Assembly: GCA_903925955.1 (NCBI GenBank) | Contig: CAIYHO010000287.1 | Location: 1-61,339, forward strand | DNA length: 61,339 nucleotides | DNA from: an uncultured Chloroflexota bacterium | GTDB lineage: Bacteria; Chloroflexota; Limnocylindria; Limnocylindrales; CSP1-4 | Direction: 5' to 3' | In this document: positions 34,486 to 43,160 of the stretch, piece by piece | Layout: each line of letters begins with the position of its first letter | Position numbering within the stretch: the stretch's first letter is position 1 | Made by a program: the position numbers and the translations under genes | The notes under the pieces: model-generated | Told to the model about the DNA's origin: nothing | Databases searched by the model: none | The model's input: the letters and a program-made list of their open reading frames with translations, nothing else

Positions 34486-35214
34486 CTAAGCGCGCCCGGC
34501 CGCCGTCCGCACTGCGTCGAGCATGAATGCGGCGTTCTCGGCGGCCGCCTTCCCGTCGAAGACCGCGCTGCCGGTCACGATGAGGTCCACGCCGAGTCCC
34601 GCGATCTGCGCAATGTTGGCTCGGGTGACTCCACCGTCCACGCCGAGGAGGATCTCGCGGCCGGACGCGGCGATCAGCTCGCGAGCGTGAGCGAGCCGCG
34701 TCTCGGTGGACGCGATGAACGCCTGACCGCCCCAGCCTGGGTTGACGGCGAGGATCTGGACAAACTCCACCTCGTCGAGCAGCGGGGTGATCACCTCCAC
34801 CGGCGTGCCCGGGTTGATCGAGATGCCGCGAATGATCCCGCGCTCGGGATCGTTGGCGTTGACGGCTTTGGCCAGGACCTGGAGGGCCCGGTGCGGGTGG
34901 CGCGTCCCCTCCGGGTGGATCGCGATGATGTCCGCCCCGGCGGCGACAAAGGCCTCAACCTTGTCCTCGGGCGCCATCACCATGAGGTGCGCGTCCTTGA
35001 GCAGGGTTGTGCGCTGGGCCTTCACGATTGGCGCCCCTAGGGTGAGTCCGGGGCAGAAGACCCCGTCCATGACGTCGGTGTGGACGATCTCCGCACCTGC
35101 GTGCTCAAGCAGCGCCAGCTCTGCGCCCAGCAGCATCAGGTCTGCGGTGAGGATGCCGATGCTGAGGTGAGGACCGTCCCGGCGGAGACGGGCGACAAGC
35201 TCCGAGGCGGCCAT
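34486..35214 (-). CDS. Ribulose-phosphate 3-epimerase-family protein (Rpe / LsrE-like)
   Basis: 242 aa. Motifs: [36 protein letters not shown]. Confidence 0.9.
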   Translation of the reverse strand: MAASELVARLRRDGPHLSIGILTADLMLLGAELALLEHAGAEIVHTDVMDGVFCPGLTLGAPIVKAQRTTLLKDAHLMVMAPEDKVEAFVAAGADIIAIHPEGTRHPHRALQVLAKAVNANDPERGIIRGISINPGTPVEVITPLLDEVEFVQILAVNPGWGGQAFIASTETRLAHARELIAASGREILLGVDGGVTRANIAQIAGLGVDLIVTGSAVFDGKAAAENAAFMLDAVRTAAGRA

Positions 35215-35226
35215 GATGCCCTCCGG

Positions 35227-36126
35227 TCAGGCGGGGGCGAGGCCGGCAGGATCCTCGCGACGGAGCGTCTCGAAGAGCTCCAGCGCGTGGTCCGGCCGCA
35301 TGTTCTCGTGGACTACTTTGCGGACGGCCTTGAGCATCGCGATGGGCGAGTCGCTCTGGAAGATGTTGCGGCCCATGTCCACGCCGGCGGCACCCGCCTG
35401 CACGGCGTTGTAGGCCATCTTGAGCGCGTCGAGCTCCGCCAGCTTCTTGCCCCCGGCCATCACCACCGGGACCGGGCATGCAGCCGTCACGGTGTCGAAG
35501 TCCTCCTCGCAGTAGTAGGTCTTGACCACCTGTGCGCCCAACTCCGCGATGATCCGGCAGGCCAGCCCCAGGTAGCGAGCATCACGTGTCAACTCCCGGC
35601 CAACGGCGGTCACGCCCAGGACCGGCACGCCGTAGCGCAGGCCCTGGTCCACAAGGCGGGTCATGTTGTGGACAGTCTGAGTCTCGTGCTCGCCGCCGAT
35701 GAAGACCTGGACGCCGACGCCCACCGCATTGAGCCGTAACACGTCGTCGATGTCCACGGCGATCTGCTCGTCGGACAGATCCTTGAGGATGGACGGGCCG
35801 CCGCTGGCCCGGAGCCAGATGGGCGCCCGGGTTGCCGCCGGGACCACCGAGCGCACGATGCCGCGCGTCACAAACAGGGAGTCCACGTACGGGACGAGTG
35901 GCAGGATATTGACGTCTATACGCTCAAGGCCCGTGGTAGGGCCCTGGAAGTAGCCGTGGTCGATGGCGAGCATGACCGCTCGCCCGCTGTCAGGCGCAAA
36001 GACCCGGGCGAGCCGGTTCTGCATGCCCCAGTCGTAGGCGCCGGACCCCTTGAGGAAGAACGCGGTGTTCCGCTGCGGGATGTCCTGGTGGTAGAGCTTG
36101 GCTTCGGTTGCGTCGGCCTCGGGCAT
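35227..36126 (-). CDS. lsrF: LsrF-like class I (DhnA/DeoC-fold) aldolase/thiolase (3-hydroxy-5-phosphonooxypentane-2,4-dione thiolase homolog)
   Basis: ORF 35227..36216 trimmed to ATG 36126. [70 protein letters not shown] matches E. coli LsrF (remembered) over the whole length. Confidence 0.85.
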   Translation of the reverse strand: MPEADATEAKLYHQDIPQRNTAFFLKGSGAYDWGMQNRLARVFAPDSGRAVMLAIDHGYFQGPTTGLERIDVNILPLVPYVDSLFVTRGIVRSVVPAATRAPIWLRASGGPSILKDLSDEQIAVDIDDVLRLNAVGVGVQVFIGGEHETQTVHNMTRLVDQGLRYGVPVLGVTAVGRELTRDARYLGLACRIIAELGAQVVKTYYCEEDFDTVTAACPVPVVMAGGKKLAELDALKMAYNAVQAGAAGVDMGRNIFQSDSPIAMLKAVRKVVHENMRPDHALELFETLRREDPAGLAPA

Positions 36127-36194
36127 CGGAGGAGTCCCTTCGTGGGGTTCGGGGCGTCGGCGACCCCGTGGGCAGGTGACAGATGTGGCGTAGG

Positions 36195-37751
36195 TTAGGT
36201 CCCAGCTGCCCGCCAAAGCGGCTGGAGCAGCCCAGCCTCAGACAGCTCCAACTGGCGGGCGTAGACCGCGGACCAGCGCTCGAAGAGGCCGCGGTAGGCC
36301 TCGTGGGCGGCGGGATCCGGCTCGACCGTGCGCTCGATGCGGACTACACGCCTCGCCTGGACCTCGATGCTCGGGAACAGGCCGGCGCCCACGCCCGCGC
36401 AGATCGCGGCGCCGAGCGCCGTGGACTCCTTGACCATGGGGATGGAGACCGGCACGCCCAGGGTGTCCGCCAGGATGCGGGGCCACAGCGTCCCCTTGGC
36501 GCTGCCGCCGGTGAACACGACGCCAGAGACCGTCTGCCCCACGAGGTCCTCGATGATGCCGAGGTGACCGCGAGCCACGTAGGCGGCGCTCTCCTCGATC
36601 GCCCGAATGGCCGCCACCCGGTTGGATCGGGCCGGATCATCTACGTTGAACTGCAAGAACGACGGCGAGGCGTGAACCCAGCGCTTGGCGTCCATGAAGT
36701 TGGAGAAGATCCCCAGCACTCCGTTGGCTCCCGGCGGGATCGCAGCCGCCGCCTCCTCCATGACCACGTAGGGGTCCACGCCGCGCTCACGAGCTTGCAG
36801 TTTCTCAAGCTCGCAGAACGCGTCGCGGTACCAGCGCATGGTGATGCCGCAGTAGAAGCCGATGCCCTCCACCATCCAGCGATTCGGGACCACGTGGCAG
36901 AGAGTCCGGAGGCGGGCCTGGGGATCCACGAGGGGACGATCCACAACTACCGTGGTCTGCCAGAAGCTGCCGCCCACGATCGTCACGCGGCCGGGGTCGG
37001 TCACGCCGATGCCGAGCAGCCCCATCTGGGTGTCCGCACCGCCAACCACCACGAGCGTGGAGGGCGAAAGGCCGGTCTGGCGGCTGGCCTCCGGCGTCAC
37101 CGTGCCGATCACGGTCCCACACTCACGAACCGGCGGGAAGACGTCCACTGGAAACTCGCACAGCTCGATGATCTCGCGCGACCAGGTTCGTGCTGCCAGA
37201 TCGAACATCCCGGAACTGGACCCGCAGGACGGGTCCGTGACGAATTCGCCCGACAGCCGCGCCAACACCCAGTCGCTGAGCATCGTCACGTGGGCGACCC
37301 GGCGACGGACCTCCGGGTCATGGGCAGTGATCCAGAGAAGGCGCGCCGGCGAGGTGATCGACACCCAGTCGCCGCCCGTGTCGAAGATCCGCCGCGCGTC
37401 GCCGCGAGATACCAGCAGTCCGGCCTCGGCCACCGCCCGGGAGTCCACGTTGGGGCAGGCCCAAATCTCCGCGCCGTCCCGGTCGTAGAGAACGATGCCC
37501 TCGCGCATACTCGCGCTGCTCACAGCGGCAATCCCACCAGGCCCCACCCCCGAGGCCGCGACCGCCTCCCGGATGCACTCGCAGATCAGCGCCCAGTTCG
37601 CGCGAGTGTCAAATACCTGCGAGCCGGGGAAGCCGGGCAGGCTAGCGTGGCGCCACTCCCGCTGGCCCGCCGCAAGTTGGTTGCCGTCCGTGTCGAAAAT
37701 GATTGCCCGACAGCTACCGGTGCCCAGGTCGATCGCCAGCGTCGCGCTCAT
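36195..37751 (-). CDS. lsrK: LsrK-like FGGY kinase (autoinducer-2 / DPD kinase homolog)
   Basis: 518 aa. [89 protein letters not shown] parallels E. coli LsrK (remembered) from end to end. Confidence 0.85.
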   Translation of the reverse strand: MSATLAIDLGTGSCRAIIFDTDGNQLAAGQREWRHASLPGFPGSQVFDTRANWALICECIREAVAASGVGPGGIAAVSSASMREGIVLYDRDGAEIWACPNVDSRAVAEAGLLVSRGDARRIFDTGGDWVSITSPARLLWITAHDPEVRRRVAHVTMLSDWVLARLSGEFVTDPSCGSSSGMFDLAARTWSREIIELCEFPVDVFPPVRECGTVIGTVTPEASRQTGLSPSTLVVVGGADTQMGLLGIGVTDPGRVTIVGGSFWQTTVVVDRPLVDPQARLRTLCHVVPNRWMVEGIGFYCGITMRWYRDAFCELEKLQARERGVDPYVVMEEAAAAIPPGANGVLGIFSNFMDAKRWVHASPSFLQFNVDDPARSNRVAAIRAIEESAAYVARGHLGIIEDLVGQTVSGVVFTGGSAKGTLWPRILADTLGVPVSIPMVKESTALGAAICAGVGAGLFPSIEVQARRVVRIERTVEPDPAAHEAYRGLFERWSAVYARQLELSEAGLLQPLWRAAGT

Positions 37752-38803
37752 CGCCCCCGCCGCTCGGCCAGCGATACCCCGTTTGCCGTGCTGCGCAGCG
37801 GTTCTCCGCTGGCAAAGCGCTCAACCTCCGCGGCCGCCATTTCGCCGCCGCGCCTGAGGGTCTCGAGCGTGGAGCCGCCGATGTGGTTGAGGACCATCGT
37901 GTTGGGCGTGGCGAGGATCCGGCGCGGGCCGCCGGCGGGCGACGGGCAAGCAATGTCCAGCGCAGCTCCACCAAGATGTCCAGACTCGAGCGCGTCGCAC
38001 AGCGCGTCCTCGTCCACCAGTTCCGCCCGGGCGGCATTGATGAACATGGCGCCTCGCTTCATTGCCGCCAGGCGGACAGCCCCGAACATGCCGCGGTTCT
38101 CGGGCGTCAGACGGGCGTGCAGGGACACGTAGTCGGACGCCGCGAGGAGGGTGTCAAGGTCCACTCTCGTTACGCCGGGCGCAGTGATGGAGGCTGCGTC
38201 CACGAACGGGTCGTACACAAGCACAGACATCCCAAACGCAAGAGCCCGCGTAGCGACACGACTGCCAACTTGGCCGTAGCCCACCAACCCCAAGACATGG
38301 CCGTCGAGGTCGTGGCCAAACCATCTGGCACCCTCGTAGTTGTCTACGGCGTAGTCGCCGCCCGCGTCCACGTGGCGCATCGACCCCGCCACGCGACGCC
38401 CCAGCATGACCATGAGCCCGAGTGTGAGCTCGGCTACGGCCACGGCGTTCTTGCCGGGCGTGATGGCCACCGGGATCCCGCGCTCCGTGGCTGCGGCAAC
38501 GTCCACGTTCACCGGCCCGCCGCGAGCAACGCATACGAGCCCCAGAGGCGCCGCATCGAGGACAGCATCCGAGACGGGCGCCCCCTGAACAACGAGGACG
38601 TCGTGCCCGCGGAGCTGTGAAATCACCCGGCCGGGACTGCCCAAGAACTCCCTGAGGCGAAGTTCGGACGGGCTCGCCGGCCGCCAGTCCGGCTCGTCGG
38701 GCAGATCGTAGAAGGTAACGTCGTGGTTCGAGCGGAGCCGCAGGAACGGCTCGCCGAACGCGCTCGTCGGGCAGTAGGAGTCACCGACGACGAGGATCTT
38801 CAT
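37748..38803 (-). CDS. D-isomer-specific 2-hydroxyacid dehydrogenase family (PGDH-like)
   Basis: ORF 37748..38821 trimmed to the seventh codon ATG (MKILVVGD..). NAD motif GLVGYGQVGSRVA and catalytic-domain motifs (ARGGPVNVD, DVLVVQGAP). The stop overlaps the lsrK start (ATGA). Confidence 0.85.
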   Translation of the reverse strand: MKILVVGDSYCPTSAFGEPFLRLRSNHDVTFYDLPDEPDWRPASPSELRLREFLGSPGRVISQLRGHDVLVVQGAPVSDAVLDAAPLGLVCVARGGPVNVDVAAATERGIPVAITPGKNAVAVAELTLGLMVMLGRRVAGSMRHVDAGGDYAVDNYEGARWFGHDLDGHVLGLVGYGQVGSRVATRALAFGMSVLVYDPFVDAASITAPGVTRVDLDTLLAASDYVSLHARLTPENRGMFGAVRLAAMKRGAMFINAARAELVDEDALCDALESGHLGGAALDIACPSPAGGPRRILATPNTMVLNHIGGSTLETLRRGGEMAAAEVERFASGEPLRSTANGVSLAERRGR

Positions 38804-38851
38804 CGACCGACCTTCAGGCAATCTGGCGAGCCGGGCGAGCCGGCGATTGGA

Positions 38852-39349
38852 TTACGGGTACTGACGGACGGGCGTGAGCTCGATCGCATGCCCGCTGCCG
38901 GACTCCGCGACGAAGTGCACAGCCGGCATCGTGTCCACATAGTAGAACTCGATGGTCTCGCCGATTCGGCCGCCCATCAGGACCTCGTGGCCAGCGTCCT
39001 TGAAACGCTGCTTGAACTCGTCCGACTCTTCCTGGGTGTGGTGCATCATCGCGATGTGCTGGACGCCCTCGCCGTATGTGGCGAGGTGCTCCTTGTAGAT
39101 CGAGTCACCCTCGAGCGGCTGGATGAGTTCGAACACGAGTCCGGGCTGGATCTCGCACTCGGCGCCGATCATCGAGTAGTGCGCCGGCTGGCCGTGCAGA
39201 TGCTGATCGTGGAGTTTTGGCTCAACGTGCTCGTAGACGTTCCACGGCCCCCAGCCGAAGAGCTCGTGGTAGGACTTCATGGCGGCGTCGATGTCCTTTA
39301 CCACCACCGCAATCTGCGAGATCCGGTAGGGCGTGGCAGGCGGTTCCAT
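38852..39349 (-). CDS. VOC-superfamily (glyoxalase / methylmalonyl-CoA epimerase-like) protein
   Basis: 165 aa. RISQIAVVVKDIDAAMKSYHELFGWGPW..ELIQPLEGDSIYKEHLATYGEGVQHIAMM. Confidence 0.75.
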   Translation of the reverse strand: MEPPATPYRISQIAVVVKDIDAAMKSYHELFGWGPWNVYEHVEPKLHDQHLHGQPAHYSMIGAECEIQPGLVFELIQPLEGDSIYKEHLATYGEGVQHIAMMHHTQEESDEFKQRFKDAGHEVLMGGRIGETIEFYYVDTMPAVHFVAESGSGHAIELTPVRQYP

Positions 39350-39398
39350 GGTCCCTCCAGGGACATCGATGCGACGTAGACGGATATCCGAACAACTG

Positions 39399-39412
39399 TG
39401 ACAGCGCTGTCA
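39399..39412. promoter_or_regulatory. Perfect 14-bp palindrome TGACAGCGCTGTCA, 50 bp upstream of the VOC gene (candidate operator)
   Basis: Read directly at 39399-39412. It sits in the locally AT-richer stretch ccgaacaacTGTGACAGCGCTGTCAaatcc at the head of the long minus-strand operon. Confidence 0.4.
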
Positions 39413-39998
39413 AATCCGCGCCATGTCGCCTCCTCACCGGGCGTCGGCCAGTTGGCCTCAGGGCGGGCCTGGCCAAGGAGGGCGATGGCTCTGGAGCCGT
39501 GCGTGACTGGAACGCCTGCTTCGCGAGCCGAGGCCGCCTCGAGCCACCTGCATCGATCGGCATCGGCTGACCTGCAAGTCAACCTGCAAACTCCACGGGC
39601 GTGCTCTCGGGTACGGCACCCGGGATGAGCGACTGAGCGACCGCTATCGGCGTCTCGTCCGGCTCTAGGCAGATGCCCGACCGGAGCAGGCCAGCGACAG
39701 CCCAGATGCAGTCACCACGACATGCCTGGGATCTAGGTCGAGCCAGCTAACCACCCGATCAAAACCGAACAAGCCCTATGTCTCTTGCCTGCTTGAGGCG
39801 ACGTGGTGCCGGCGGCCGCCGGGGGGGGCTCGCCGCGGGCTCAGCCCTTGTGGTGGAACGAACGGCCACATCCGTCAATGCATGGGCGTCCCGGGCACAC
39901 CAATGCCCAGTAGCCGCAGCCGACTTGTCACGTCGCATGCCTCCCGCCGGGGCGTGCGACGTGATGCCGGTCATCTCCCGGCCTCGCGGCTTCTGCCA

Positions 39999-40460
39999 TC
40001 AGCCGTTCCGGCGTGATCGGTACAGCTCGTCCACGGCGATCATCTTGGCCACCTTGGGCGCCGAGCGGCCGCCGGCGTCTTCCGAGCGCAGGTAGGCGTC
40101 CACGAGGAGCTTGGCTGTCTCCACGCCCACGGTCTGGGCGCCCAGCGTCACAATCTGCGCGTCGTTGCTCTTGGCCGCCCGTTCCGCGGAGTAGGGGTCA
40201 GCAATCTGCGCCGCGCGGATGCCGGGCACCTTGTTGGCGGTGATGGCCATGCCGATGCCGGTCCCGCAGACCAGGATGCCCCGCTCATGCCCGCCGCCGG
40301 CCACGTCCTCCGCCACTGCCTGCGCCACGTCGGGATAGTCCACCGGGTCATCGCTGTTGGCGCCGGCGTCATCCACGTCGTGGCCCTGCGCGCGCAAATG
40401 GACGAGCAGGGCGTCCTTGAGTGGGCGACCAAAGTGGTCGCTGCCGACGATCAGGCGCAT
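39999..40460 (-). CDS. rpiB: RpiB/LacA/LacB-family sugar-phosphate isomerase
   Basis: 153 aa. MRLIVGSDHFG..GILVCGTGIGMAITANKVPGIRAA. The start overlaps the stop of the TIM-like gene. Confidence 0.9.
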   Translation of the reverse strand: MRLIVGSDHFGRPLKDALLVHLRAQGHDVDDAGANSDDPVDYPDVAQAVAEDVAGGGHERGILVCGTGIGMAITANKVPGIRAAQIADPYSAERAAKSNDAQIVTLGAQTVGVETAKLLVDAYLRSEDAGGRSAPKVAKMIAVDELYRSRRNG

Positions 40461-41254
40461 CAGGCGTGCCTCCCTGGGCTGGGCGGAGCGTCCCTGTCAC
40501 CGGCCATCCGGGCGGCCAGAAACGCGATGGTTGCAAGGTTGGCTGGATCAAGCGCGGAGCGGCCCACAAACACGCCGTCCACGCCGCCGCGGGACAGGAT
40601 CCCGGGTGCGCTTGCGGGATCCACGCTCCCGCCGTAGATGACGCGCCCAACCGACGGGCGGTCTGCGAGGCAGTCAAGTTCAGCGTGGATTGCCAGGTGG
40701 ACCGCCTCCACGTGGGCGGGGTCCGCCGGCACGGCGCCAATGCCGATGGCCCAGACGGGCTCGTAGGCCACGATGACATGTGCGATGGCTGCGGGGTCAA
40801 GCCTCGCCAGCCCGGCCCGCACTTGGCCCGTCACGAATGCCGCCGCAGCCGCAGTCTCGCCGGCCGCCGGTTCGCCAACGCACATGATGGGGATCATGCC
40901 GTGCGCCACGATGCGCTCCACCTTGGCGGCAACCACGTCATCGGTCTCGCCGTGGTCGCGGCGGCGCTCAGAGTGGCCGCACGCCACAAACCGACAGCCA
41001 AGGTCCGCAAGCATGGCCGCTGAGACATCGCCGGTATGGGCGCCCCCCTCTGCTGCGTGGACGTCTTGGGCGCCCCACGCGATGCCGCTGCCCGCCAGCT
41101 CCGCGCGAGCCACCCAGATGGACGTGAAGGGCGGCAGCACAAACAGGTCCACGCCGTCCAGACCAGCGGCGTGTTCCCGGAGCGCCGTGAAGTACGCGGC
41201 GGCCTCGCTGCTGGTGAGGTTCATCTTGGTGCTGGTGCCCACCAGCGGCCTCAC
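40460..41254 (-). CDS. Triosephosphate-isomerase-family protein (non-canonical paralog)
   Basis: ORF 40460..41641 trimmed to GTG 41254 (GGAGG RBS; GTGA overlap with the dak stop). VGTSTKMNL (TIM has GNWKMN), CGHSERR, AYEPVWAIGIG, IYGGSV. Confidence 0.8.
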   Translation of the reverse strand: MRPLVGTSTKMNLTSSEAAAYFTALREHAAGLDGVDLFVLPPFTSIWVARAELAGSGIAWGAQDVHAAEGGAHTGDVSAAMLADLGCRFVACGHSERRRDHGETDDVVAAKVERIVAHGMIPIMCVGEPAAGETAAAAAFVTGQVRAGLARLDPAAIAHVIVAYEPVWAIGIGAVPADPAHVEAVHLAIHAELDCLADRPSVGRVIYGGSVDPASAPGILSRGGVDGVFVGRSALDPANLATIAFLAARMAGDRDAPPSPGRHA

Positions 41255-42993
41255 CTCGCGGCCTCCAGGACGCGGCCCACGGCGCCGGCGCAGATCACAA
41301 ACGACACGGCGCCCGCGTCCCGGTGTCCAAGACTCCGCTCGGCAAGCGGACGCGCCCGGCCAATCCGCGGCAGGAGACCCGCCGTGGCCTCTGCCGCAAC
41401 CGAGGCGGCCGATACCGCGCGTCCCCAAGCGTCTGGGAGCTCCGCCCCCGCCAGAATCGCCGCCTCGAGCGCGTCTGCAAACGGGACCATCGCGTCCACC
41501 ATCGTCTTGTCGCCAAGGACTGCCCCGCCCGTGCGGCGTACAGCGTCCACGGCGGCGCGGGCTCCAGAGGCTGTGGCGGCTGCCGTGACAATCGCCGCGT
41601 CGCTGTACGCCGCAGCCCACGCGTTGAGCGCCACGCCCCACAGCGCGCCAGACGTGCCGCCGCCGCGGTCAGCCCAGGCGTCTGCCGCGGCGGCAAGCGC
41701 GCTTCTGGCACCGGCACCCGCCCCTGCGGCCGCATCTGCCGCTGCGACGGCAGCGCCGAGGCCCCGGACCATCCCGCGGCCGTGGTCGCCGTCTCCGGCC
41801 TCCGCGTCCAGGCGCCCAAGCGCTTCCTCAGCCTCACGGACGTCCGTGAGGGCTGCCGCGAGACAGCGGGCGATGAGCGCGGCGCCGTCCCTTGATCCGG
41901 ACGTGGACGGGGGCCACGCCACAGGAGCGGCGGGCGCTGGCGCCGCCGTCGGCCCCGGCGCCTCGACGCGTCCCTCGGCCGACACACCAGCGCCAACCGC
42001 ATCACCCCGGCGGAAGGCCGGAGCATGTGCGGGCGCCAGCCAGAGCCGCTCCAGCTCCTCGTCCAGCCAGGTGATGGTCAGCGAGCATCCGGCCATGTCC
42101 AGACTGGTGACAAACTCGCCCACCTGTGGGGCCACCAGCGTCAGCCCGGCGGCGCAGAGCATCGGGGCCACGAAGCGCCACAGGACAAACAGCTCTTCAT
42201 GCTTGGTGGCGCCAAGGCCATTGAGGATGACCGCCACGCGCAAACCGCCGTTGGCCGGCGCCTCAGCCAGAAGCCTATCCACCAGCAGCCGCGCAAGATC
42301 CTCCGCCGGGACGATTGGCGCGTCGGACACACCGGGCTCCCCGTGGATCCCCATCCCCACGCCCATCATCCCGGGCGGCAGCGTGAACAGCGGCGCCGAT
42401 GCCCCGGGCAGCGTGCAGCCGGCAAAGGCCAGCCCAAGCGACCTCGTCCGCTCGTTGGCACGGGCGGCGATGCCTGTCACGACCTCAAGGTTGGCGCCTG
42501 CCTCCGCCGCGGCGCCAGCCACCTTGAACACAACCACGCCCCCGGCCACGCCCCTGCGGCGGTAAGGCTCGTTGGGCGGCGCGCTCGCCACGTCATCCGT
42601 CACCAGGACAATCCGCGTGTCGATACCCAGCGTGCGGAGGGCATCGGCGGCTGCGCTGAAGTTGAGGACGTCGCCCGCGTAGTTGCCAAACGTGAGGAGG
42701 ACGCCGCCGCCCCGAGAGGCGACAGTTGCCACGTCAATCACGGCGCGCGATGAGGGAGACGCAAACACGTCGCCCATGACGGCCGCATCGGCCAGCCCGG
42801 CGCCCACATAGCCCGCAAACAGCGGGTAGTGGCCGGAGCCGCCGCCGGTGACGACGGCCACCTTGCCCGCAGGCGTTGCGGTGGCGCGGATGACACCGCC
42901 CTGCACCGCCCGCACAAGGTCCGCGTACGCGTCCACAAACCCTGCGGCAGCGTCCGCCGAAAACAAGCCAGGCGTGGCGACGATGTGCGTCAT
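41251..42993 (-). CDS. Dihydroxyacetone-kinase-family protein, fused DhaK-DhaL (ATP-dependent type)
   Basis: ORF 41251..43092 trimmed to ATG 42993 (MTHIVATPGLF..). DhaK motifs VVTGGGSGHYPLFAGYVG and GIHGEPG, an Ala/Pro-rich linker, then a DhaL domain (DGDHG, GGTSGALWG). Confidence 0.85.
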   Translation of the reverse strand: MTHIVATPGLFSADAAAGFVDAYADLVRAVQGGVIRATATPAGKVAVVTGGGSGHYPLFAGYVGAGLADAAVMGDVFASPSSRAVIDVATVASRGGGVLLTFGNYAGDVLNFSAAADALRTLGIDTRIVLVTDDVASAPPNEPYRRRGVAGGVVVFKVAGAAAEAGANLEVVTGIAARANERTRSLGLAFAGCTLPGASAPLFTLPPGMMGVGMGIHGEPGVSDAPIVPAEDLARLLVDRLLAEAPANGGLRVAVILNGLGATKHEELFVLWRFVAPMLCAAGLTLVAPQVGEFVTSLDMAGCSLTITWLDEELERLWLAPAHAPAFRRGDAVGAGVSAEGRVEAPGPTAAPAPAAPVAWPPSTSGSRDGAALIARCLAAALTDVREAEEALGRLDAEAGDGDHGRGMVRGLGAAVAAADAAAGAGAGARSALAAAADAWADRGGGTSGALWGVALNAWAAAYSDAAIVTAAATASGARAAVDAVRRTGGAVLGDKTMVDAMVPFADALEAAILAGAELPDAWGRAVSAASVAAEATAGLLPRIGRARPLAERSLGHRDAGAVSFVICAGAVGRVLEAAR

Positions 42994-43160
42994 CAGCGGC
43001 GGCTGGCCGGGGCGTGACGGGACATGCGGGTACGGCTCCTCTTCGGGGCGCCCATGCCCGGCAGGCCAGATCAGGACTACGACCACCGGCACGAGGGCAT
43101 AGGCATTATCGCCTGCGCCAGCGGCAGCCAGCCGAGCGCGCCGCAGACCCGCGCGCCGCG

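Noticed and set aside
17064-42993. A Calvin-cycle (cbb) locus: RuBisCO homolog plus CbbY-like phosphatase, class II FBA, Rpe, TIM-like and RpiB-like genes in the same 26 kb.
   Set aside because: The RuBisCO homolog lacks K177, R295 and the K334 loop (form IV RLP). There is no small subunit, phosphoribulokinase, transketolase or SBPase/FBPase. The other genes belong to different operons (lsr-like, dak).
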